DNA of 64,000 bases, taken from Eledone cirrhosa (taxonomy: Eukaryota). Positions 54,650 through 64,000 of the stretch are shown here, in pieces (the first letter of the stretch is position 1; each line of letters starts with the position of its first letter). Made by a program: the position numbers and the translations under genes. Under the pieces are notes generated by a model, which was not told the DNA's origin, made no database searches, and saw only the letters and a list, made by a program, of their open reading frames with translations. The stretch covers positions 125,612,001-125,676,000 of the forward strand of contig OZ024743.1 in the NCBI GenBank assembly GCA_964016885.1. The letters run 5' to 3'.

Positions 54650-55790
54650 AACTCGATGAGGGAGGGGGCGAATACCCTCGGAGTCAATGATATGACCTAA
54701 AAAATTCAGTGATTCCGCACCGAAAACACATTTTGTGGGATTTATTTGAACACTGTAATCCTTGAGTCGACAAAACAAAAGATTCAAATGACGTATGTGT
54801 TCTTCTCTGGAGGAACTAGCAATAAGCAGATCATCAATATAAGTGTAGACGAAGTCTAAACCACGAGTGACCTCATCCATGAACCGTTGAAAGGTGCTAG
54901 CAGCATTCCTAAGTCTGAAAGGCATGGTAAGAAATTTGAATGATCCAAATGGAGTCGTAATGGCCGTTTTCGGAATATCTTCTTTCTTGACAGGAATTTG
55001 ATGATAGGCTCGCACCAAATCGAGCTTCGAGAAAATTTTACATCCCTGCAATGACGATGCAAAATCTTGCAGGTGTGGAATAGGATATCTATCCGGGACA
55101 GTTATAGCATTTAACTTCCAATAATCCCCAGTGGGTCTCCAGTCGCCAGAAGTCTTGGGTACCATGTGCAACGGAGAAGCCCAAGGGCTCGTAGAAAGGC
55201 GAATTATGCCAAGCTGCAGCATGTGGTCAAACTTGGACCGTGTTGCCTTCAATTTGTCCGCAGGCAAGCAATGAGGACGTGAGAACACCGGGGCGCCAGT
55301 TGTAGAGATAAAATGCTCCGTTGTGTTAGTCGGTTCGACAACTCAAAAATTTCCCTGAGTAAGCTGTGGGAAAGAATTCAACAATGCATGATAGGCATTC
55401 CCAGCATTAGCGATGAAAAATGTCGGGCTAACCGTTGGAAAATTAGCTTTCTTGCCACGAAGAGAAAAACCAGTAATGCCGTCTACTAGGCGTCGGCCAC
55501 GGACGTCCACCGTCAATGCAAAATGGTGTAGAAAATCCGCTCCCAAGATCGGATATGGTAGGTCAGCAACCGTAAAAATCCATTTGAATTCTTCTCGTCA
55601 AAGATTTCTGAATTGCAGAGGAAGCGAGATTTGTCCAAAAGTCTGTATCGGCGAATGATTGATAGCTTGTAGATTCATTGATGACTCAGGAGGAGTTTCT
55701 TTAACACAGTTCACTGGCCAAATGCTGCAGGAGGCTCCCGTATCTAGGAGGTCCTCAATAAAAAAGTGGCGGTTTGGGTGTGTAGCACAG
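54650..55790 (-). pseudogene. pol: Gypsy protease + reverse transcriptase
   Basis: LDTGAS at ~55740, [45 protein letters not shown] and GIRPLPHRV. Frameshifted. Confidence 0.95.
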
Positions 55791-55799
55791 AGATCAGCT

Positions 55800-56412
55800 G
55801 CTGCCTGGGAGATGGCCTACTCTCCCTACATAATTTCGCGACTTGACGCGTCAATGCGTCAATCACCTTCAACATGGCATCCTCGTGTGTCGAGATGGGC
55901 TGGTTCAGAAAAGTCGAAGAGGCGCAACAAGCGAGTCCAATGAGGTAGCTTTCCTAGAGAATTCCACAATTCGATCGGCAGACGCAGCGATCTGCTCCAC
56001 TGAGCTTGAGTCCACTATGGTAGCCAATATAATCTGTACATTGTTTAGCAAGCGAGAAAAAAATAGCTTTCATCGGGCGATTCACTGAGGTCTCGAATGT
56101 GGTGTAAAAATTCGGATGGCGACCTGTTGCCTAGACACTCGTCTCCAATAATGCACGAAACCTGGTTTCAGCAGAACGGCAGTTTCTCCTTAATATTTCC
56201 GTCCTCAACGAATCATACGAGGTACCGGTTGGCGGGTCCATTATTAAATCTTTCACCGTGATGGTGAGTGACGAAGATATACCACTAATCAAAACATTGA
56301 GTTTCTGTTCTGTTTTAATTCCATTTGCAGCAAAATATGCATCCAGTTGTGCAAATCAGAGCTTGGGCTCACCAGAGAAAGCAGGTAAATTAGGACTACT
56401 CATCATTAGCAT
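55800..56412 (-). pseudogene. gag: Gypsy gag (decayed)
   Basis: LPAFSGEPKL*FAQLDAYFAANGI..VKDLIMDPP..YDSLRTEIL. It lies between the PBS and the protease. Confidence 0.8.
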
Positions 56413-56880
56413 GTATCAGTTCCACATAAAAATACTAAATGATATCCAAGTAAAGAAATGCAACGCGTGTTAGATGTTTGGAACAACGGGAAAACAACAC
56501 AAATTTCCCTCAACATCCATGAAGAAAGAAGAAATGCAAAATCAGGAATCGACAAGTCACAATAATTCAAGGCAAAAAAATTAAATGTTTTTTCTTTTTT
56601 TTTGAATTGGAGAAGGAGATGGCATCATATGATGCGTCTCAGCCAATCAGATGGCTGCATTTCGGAGAAGAAAGACAATTGGCGGGAAAATTAGCAGACC
56701 ATTCAGCCATTGTGAATTTTTTTTTTGTGTTAAACAAACAATTTTCAATTTCGTTATTTTCGCATAGTTGCAAGAAATAAAATATTAGTTTCGTCAATTT
56801 TTTTTTTTTAATGTTCCTCTAGAAGTTTTTAGAAGTCTTTTAGAAGTTTTTCGAAGTTTTTTAGGCTGTGTAATACATAA

Positions 56881-56893
56881 TCGGGGTCAACCA
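56881..56893 (-). promoter_or_regulatory. Primer binding site, tRNA-Trp-like
   Basis: TGGT(T)GACCCCGA lies 1 nt inside the 5' LTR. TGGTGACCCCGA complements the 3' end of animal tRNA-Trp. Confidence 0.75.
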
Positions 56894-56894
56894 C

Positions 56895-57111
56895 TTTAGA
56901 CGAAGGTATATTTTTGTATTTATGACTTGCAAAAATTTGTGTATTTATGACTTGCAGAAGAATACGAATGGCTGGTGCATGTTTGTACAATCAGCTCCAA
57001 GAAAAATGCGTGTTGTCACTCTGCATTTCTTTTGCCGGAGTGTCTGTGTTATTTTTATGCAGTCCGTTTGTGACGTCAGAGCTATCACACCACAGGTGTC
57101 GCTTCGCTACA
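56895..57111 (-). repeat. 5' LTR (217 bp)
   Basis: On the minus strand TGTAGCGAAG...CTTCGTCTAAA, adjacent to the PBS and the TSD. Confidence 0.9.
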
Positions 57112-57174
57112 ACATCATTGTAAATTAGTGTTTATTTGGATGGCATATTTTCATGATATTTATGGATCAGGAAT

Positions 57175-57830
57175 GGATGTAGCATGACCAAATGGTTGTG
57201 GCATTCGTTTTGCAATCATAAAATCTTGTGTTCAATCTCACTGTATGGCATCTTGGCCAAGTGTCATTTACCAAAGCCTTAGGTTGACCCATGTCTTGTG
57301 AATGAAATTGGGCTGACAAAAACTATTTGGAAGTCCATGGCTTAGTGGTTAGAGCATTGGCCTTGCAATCGAAAGGTTGTGAGTTCAATTCTCAGACCGG
57401 GTGATGTGTTGTTTCCTGAGCAAGACACTTTATTTCACATTGCTCCAGTTTACTCAGCTGTAGAAATGAGATGATAGGGACTGGGGTTCATATCATTCCA
57501 CTGCAAAGTGGTCATGTAGGTGCCACAGAAAAAGAGCACCCAGCACTCACTGTAAATGAGGTTGGTGTTAGGAAGGGCATCCAGCTGTAGAAAACAAGCC
57601 AGAATCAGTTCCCATCCCACCCTTGCAAGCAGGGAAAAAGCGGACGTAAAATGAAATGATGATGATGATGATTGGATGGACTGTGCTTGTAATTCAAAGG
57701 GCCAGTTGTGTCATATACTGTATCATGCTGATTCTCCCTGTGAATTACATTAAAGGCACATGTGTCTGTGGAATGCTTAGCCACATATAACAACTAGAAC
57801 ATTCATCATCAAAGCTGACAGAAGTTCATT
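57175..57830 (+). mobile_element. SINE family C split by a family B SINE (57336-57672)
   Basis: The flanks join to match 14327-14670 across ggaag.ccat|tg. The insert matches 11597-11940. Confidence 0.8.
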
Positions 57831-57924
57831 CTATTGATCAGGAGCAAATTTTCCAGTTGCCAACAATCAAAGAAGCTAGCTCCTGAGGGAACATGAAAGT
57901 CGGTGAAAATAATGAAGTAAAAAC

Positions 57925-58020
57925 CTATCGATTGTCGCAATAATATTCCAGTATTCCAGGATTTCATAAATTATTTTCTGTAATAGTTGATTGAAGTGAG
58001 TGTTTATTGATTTCTTCTCA
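57925..58020 (-). CDS. Candidate host exon (EKKSINTHFNQLLQKIIYEILEYWNIIATID)
   Basis: Strong acceptor ttattttattttacag and a single open frame. The donor is weak. Confidence 0.3.
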
Positions 58021-58059
58021 CTGTAAAATAAAATAATTACACATAAAATAATGGTATTG

Positions 58060-58415
58060 ATGATGATAATGATGATGGTGGTGGTGGTGGTGCTAGTGGT
58101 GGTGGTGGTGGTGGTGGTGGTGGTGGTGATGAACACAGAAAGTGGTTGATTTTAGTTATCAATTCTAAAGCAAGAACTAAGCTTCTTCCGTTAACCAGGT
58201 TAAAGTAATTTCCTTTAACTTATCTATCTAATGACTTTGGAAAACACATAAATGTTGCAAGTGGTCTTTGAACAAAATCATAAACATCAAAAGGCATTCG
58301 AAAGATATGTGGTTGTGTGCTAATGTAAGAATTCCACCTCTTCCTCTTCCTCCATATCATCATCATCATCACTGTCATCGTCATCATCATCAACATCATC
58401 ATCATCATCATCATC
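58060..58415. repeat. (GAT)n/(GGT)n tract at 58060-58130 and (CAT)n tract at 58357-58415
   Basis: Read directly. Confidence 0.9.
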
Positions 58416-59716
58416 ATTCTTTTTTACTCTTCTACTGGTTTCAGTCATTGTACTGTGGCCATGCTGGTACACTACCTTCATGTGTTATATTCAATCACAT
58501 TAACCTTGGTATATATAAAATGCACCCATTACACTCTGGGTAAAGTGGTTGACATTAAGAAGAGAATCCAGTTGAAGAAACTACCAAATTTGGAATGTAA
58601 TTGAAACATGGTCCCTGGTCCATCTAGGAGGACAGTAGTTTTGGTTAAGTACTGACTTGCATTGTAATGATTCATCCAACTCGTGACAGTATGTAAAAGC
58701 AGACATAAAAAGATAATGATAATGATATTCATAAAATTGTAGGAAATAGCGGTGATTATGCTTAGCAAAAAGCCGGGTTAAAATATAAGCTCATATGAGT
58801 GAAAGAAAGGTCAGAAAGGAAGGGAAAGGGGGAGAGAATGAAAGAAAGAGAGTCTAAAGCATATGATGAGAAATAAGAGAAGTATATATAGAGAGAAAAG
58901 AGATGTCAAGAAAAGCAGGAATGAAAACAATGAAACAATTTTTTTTTATTTTTGAGAATTACGAAAGAGAAAAAACAATGGAAAAAGGATGAAGAATGTA
59001 AACTAAATAGAAACAAAGAACTATAGCATCGTAATCACCTCTTCAGCTTCCTTCTAACCAATATGTTTCACTTGGGAAAAGGAAGTACTATGTATTTAAG
59101 GTTAGCCCACACAACAGAATCGAAATTTCTGTTGGTATGATGCTGGTATAAAGAGAAACAAAACCAGATAAGTGAGCAGTGGAAACACATCTGTAGCCGG
59201 CTGAAAAAGAGGCTGTTTGTTATTCTGTTGGAAACTATTGAGTGGGTTAGAAAACAACTGAGGCCAAATAACATCTGACTAGCTTCATTCATTAGTTATA
59301 TATATACACACACATATATATAAACACACAATTTCTTTATATATACACCAACATATTGTAACTTTAGATCAGTTTGACAATTGCCTCCAACAAATATGAA
59401 AAAGTTCTCTAGAAAGGTAACCAGGATTTAAAAGAAAACTTTCTACCAAAGTTTACAAAGGATTTATTAAATCTATTATACATAGCAAAATTATAAAATT
59501 ATAAAATTAAATTTGTTATAGAATGCCAACTACAAGTTAAGTCATTCTTTTCCTTTTTTGCAAATACATCCAGCTGCAGAAAACCAGCCAGAAACAGTTC
59601 TATACGAGCAAGACACGGTCACCCGACCCAACTTGCCTCAAGTGAGACAAACACGTTTGACCCATGCTAGCATGGAAGATAGATGTTAAATGATGATGAT
59701 GATGGTGATGATGATA

Positions 59717-59763
<47 letters not shown>

Positions 59764-60628
59764 CTGTTGTTGCTTGAATATCAAAAGTGGGTGAGAGAAT
59801 TCAATCTTATGTGAACAGTTAGAATGTTGTTATATAGTACTAGGGTTAAAAAGCCACATAAAATTCAAAGTTGCTCAAGAGCAATTTCCCATCAAGTTAT
59901 ATATTTGTAAACAAATATGACACTTAATGAGAAGAAGTAAAAGCATTCCTGAGGATTGAGTGGAAAGTGGGAGAAGGGTGTAGTGGAGATTGTAGAGCAT
60001 CCCAAGTTACCTCCACTCTGTGGTGTTAATCCATAAAATGTTATCGATTGTCTATATGAGTGACTGAGTGTATAATCTCATATTATGTATAGGTGTTTCT
60101 TTATGGATGATAGCCTACTTGGGTAAACCTGTGTCTCTGTACAATGTAGAGTCTAATTGGGATGTTTGGCAGTGTTTTGGTGTTTACAGATCTATGCATG
60201 TGTGTATGAACCTGTAACTTCTGGTGGAGTCATAGGAACACTTGTGACATTTAGCATTTTAAACCTGGCAAAATCCATCCCTCTCCATGTCTGAACACAG
60301 CTGATTTCTCCCAGAGAGGTAGAGAAAGTAAAAATGATAGGAAGTGAGAAAGAATCGTCCCTAGTGGCTCTTTATTTATCAACTGCAAAGACATGAAAGG
60401 CAAAGTTGACCTCAACAGGATTTGAACACAGAGTTGAAACAAATACCACAACGCATTATAACCAATGTGTTAATGATTCTGTCAAATCGCTGCCTTATTT
60501 ATATATGTATGTATATCTATATATATTCTTGTACAGAGTCACACGAACCTATATATGTGCACATACATATTCACATAATATTCACATACATAGATACATA
60601 CGTACATACATATATACATACATACATA

Positions 60629-63470
60629 AGCTGATCACCCTCAAACAAGAATTGAAAGCTGTTAGCGAAAAACACTGATACCTGAAGAAGGTAAATGAGA
60701 GAAAAGTGCTTAATAAAAGATTCAGACGAAACCAAAGATCAGTCTATAGAGATATGAAGAACAAAATAATAAGTATCACTGAGGCCCCATCCCAGAAAGA
60801 CAAAGATTCCTTTTGGAGCAAAATATGGTGTGAAAAGAAGAATTTCAACCAAGATGCAGTGTGGCCAAGAGAAATCCGAAAGAACTATTGTTCCTACACT
60901 ACAACAAAAACATACGAAATAAGTGAGGGTACCCTTGAGACTGTGATAGGAAAACTCCAAGATAAGAAAACACCAGGAAGAGACATGATTGTCGGCTACT
61001 GGTACAAAAAACTGATATTCTATTGGTGATATCTTACTGACCTCTACCAACAAGTTCTTAAGGGAGATACACTTATAACAGAATGGTTGATATTAGCACA
61101 AACATTACTGGTCCCCAAGAACAAAGACACCCACTTGGCAAAAAACTACCAACCCATTGCATGCCAGAACCTGATGTATAAGATGTATACAGCCTGCCTG
61201 AACCTATTCCTCCAAGATCACTGTGAAAATAATAACATCATCACAGATGAACAAGCAGCTGGAAAGAAAGGGGTTTGGGGATGTGCTGAACAACTCCTAA
61301 TCAACAAAACTGCGATGTCGGAGGTGCGACAACTTAGGAGGAATATGGGTACAGTCTGGCTGGACTATAGGAACGCTTTCGATTCTGTTCCCCACTCTTG
61401 GATGATAGAGGCCCTCCAACTTGCTAAAGTCGCAGACATTATTTTCAGAGCCATACAGAGTCTTCTTCTTGGGCTACTATCCTAAGGTTAAAGACAGAGA
61501 GAGAGGACTCTATTTTCACTGATAAAATAAAATATCGCAGGGGACAGTATCTCTGTGATATTATTCATCTTGTCATTAAACCCCTTGTCCTTTCTGCTCA
61601 AGAAATGTGAGGGATACATCATTGGCTCACAGGAGGACAGAAATACGAACCTAACCCATAATTTCTTTGTGGACGATTTGAAACTCTATGCCAAGAACAT
61701 GGATGGGATGAAGAAAAATCTTGACCTGGTTACAACGTTCCCAAAGGATATTGGAATGGAGTTTGGCCAAGATAAATGCTCATACATGACTGTAAAGCGG
61801 GGAAAAACAACAACCCAATCTAGCAACATTGTCATCAATGGCCTAACTGTTTCACCGATATCTGATGAGGACTGCTACAGATACCTGGGGATAGATGAGA
61901 ACATATCCTATAATGGTATCTGTAATAAAGAACGCGTAACCAGGGAATACTACACCCGATTAAGAAAGATTTGGTAATCGAAATTCTCTGCGCAAAACAA
62001 AACAGTGGCTCACAATGTGTTTGCTGTGCCTGTCCTAACACCAACGTTTGGAATACTCAATTGGACAATAGACGAAATCCGAGCAGTTGATGTTGGAACT
62101 CGAAAAATACTAAACAACACCGGAAACTTCCACATCAACAGTGACATAGACCGCCTTTACTTGAAACGTAAGCAGGGAGGCAGAGGCCTAACATCAGTCC
62201 AGACAGCATTTGAATGTCGCATCATATCTCTCCGACAACACCTACGGACCTCGAAGCGTAGGAGCCCGTCTCTCGAGCAAGTCTATCTGCATGAAACAGA
62301 TAAGATCATGAGAGTTGGTAAGGAACTCCTCGAGAGATATTCCCTGTGTGATAATCAAAAACTCACACCCAGGGAAGTCGCTCAGCAGTATCGCAGTGAA
62401 TCCATGGATGAAAAACTGCATGCTTATCAGCAAAAAATCATGCATGGATATGTTGCCAGGAAGCTCCAGAGTGAGAGTAATATAGATAAGGAAAGTAGTC
62501 TATCTTGGACCAACAACCGCTATATTGGCTCCCACTTTGAAGGATACGCTTTTGCAATCCAAGAACAGGAGATTAACACGAAATACCTGATTCACAAAAG
62601 AGATAGGGATGCGGGCAAAACACCTAGATGTGGTAACAAGTGCAGACTCTGCAGAACTAACATCGAGGATATCACCCATGTCATCAGCAGCTCTCCAAAG
62701 ATGTCATCGCGGTACTATCTACCTATGAGGTATGATGTAGTGGCCAAAACACTGTACAATGCAGTTCGTAAAAAAGATAGCCCCGATAATAAACACATTA
62801 AAAGCTACTAAAAGCTACAGCAATGTGGAAGACATCCATGTACATAATATGAAAGAGTACTGGTGGAATGTTCCAGTAAAAACCCCATTAAAATGCAGGC
62901 ATAACAGACCAGATATTATGATATGGGACAGGGAGAAGAAAGCATGCACCGTAGTGGAAATTAGCTGCCCAGCAGATGCCAATATAATATCAAAGATTAG
63001 CAAAAAGGAGAATATTTATGCAGAACTGATGAGAAATCTGCAGATACTCTACCCTGATTACACCTTCAGATTTGTGCCTGTGATTATTGGGGCACTGGGG
63101 TATGTTAATAACTGCCTCAATACAAATATTGAGAAGCTAGGCTTCACAGGAACAGAAAGAACACAACTAGTTAGGAAATTACAAGTAAAATCCATTAATG
63201 GAACAGTAAAAATATGTAAAACATTCCAAAAATGTTGCATCTAATAACTGCATATACATATGTACAGATACAAAGCATATACACATGCACACATACAACT
63301 CAAAACATACACTTCCATACATACAATAACATCCATATCTACACATGCATGCATACATAATCTACCTAGTTGATGTTGTGTAAATTCCAATGAGAGAGTC
63401 TTGTGTCTATGTTAGAAACCGACTCTCTCTCTATTGGGAAAAAAATTGTGAAATTATAAAACCAGAAGAA
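60629..63470 (+). mobile_element. R4/Dong-clade non-LTR retrotransposon, 5'-truncated, disrupted
   Basis: NYQPIAC, WLDYRNAFDSVPH, FFVDDLKLYA, YRYLGI, RLYLKRKQGGRGL, CRLC..H..(C) and the RLE motif HNRPDIMIWD..VEISCP. It has several stops and frameshifts. Confidence 0.93.
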
Positions 63471-63480
63471 TATACATACA

Positions 63481-63811
63481 TCCCACTTTGAAGGATATGC
63501 TGTTGGAATCCAAGAACAGGAAATGAACACAAAATACCTGATTCACAAAAGAGATAGGGATGCAGGCAAAACACATAGATGTGACTACAAGTGCAGACTC
63601 TGCAGAACTAACATCGAAGATGTCACCCATGTCATAAGCAGCTGTCCAAAAATGTCATCGTGGTACTATCTACCTATGAGGCATGATGTAGTGGCCAAAA
63701 CACTGTACAATGCAATCCATAGAAAAGATAGCCCCAATAATAAACACATTAAAAGCTACAGCAATGTGAAAGACATATATATATACATAATATGAAAGAG
63801 TACTGGTGGAA
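63481..63811 (+). mobile_element. Second R4/Dong fragment, head-to-tail
   Basis: Highly similar to 62530-62870. It keeps the Cys of the CCHC motif and lacks the 10-bp duplication at ~62800. Confidence 0.9.
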
Positions 63812-64000
63812 TCATCATCATCATCATCACCGTTTTTCATCCGTTCTTCCACGCTAGTATGGGTTAGATGGGTTGTCCTGTTGTGGGAAGTAGTCGGTCG
63901 GCTGACCATGCCTTGCTCATACAGGAACTGATTTTGGCTTGATTTCTACAGCTGGATGCCCTTCCTAACACCAACATCATTTACAGTGAGTGATGGGTGC

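Larger units (their letters stand above)
52351..57111 (-). mobile_element. Gypsy/Ty3 LTR retrotransposon with internal inversion
   Basis: TSD ACAT (52347-52350, 57112-57115), two LTR copies and a PBS. gag-PR-RT lie on the minus strand and RH-IN on the plus strand. Confidence 0.95.

Overview
AT-rich, repeat-dense eukaryotic DNA. The SINE/RTE families, (GAT)n tails and dense TA/CA/CAT microsatellites resemble a coleoid cephalopod, probably an octopus (inference, not a database result). No intact host gene, rRNA, tRNA gene or CRISPR array is evident. The window is mostly nested transposon remnants: four CRE-clade 3' fragments, a decayed hAT transposase split by a solo LTR, several RTE LINE subfamilies with partner tRNA-derived SINEs, a CR1 fragment, R4/Dong retrotransposons, non-autonomous Helitrons, TTAA piggyBac-like MITEs, solo LTRs, fold-back elements with hammerhead-like cores, and a TSD-bounded Gypsy provirus whose RNase H-integrase half is inverted. 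A few small candidate exons suggest much of the window may be intronic. The most notable items are the inverted Gypsy, a ~135-bp tandem array in an RTE 3' UTR, possible microsatellite targeting by Dong and RTE, the CRE cluster and the hammerhead-like motifs. I found no convincing wholly new biological system. Coordinates were read by eye, and element edges without a TSD are approximate.
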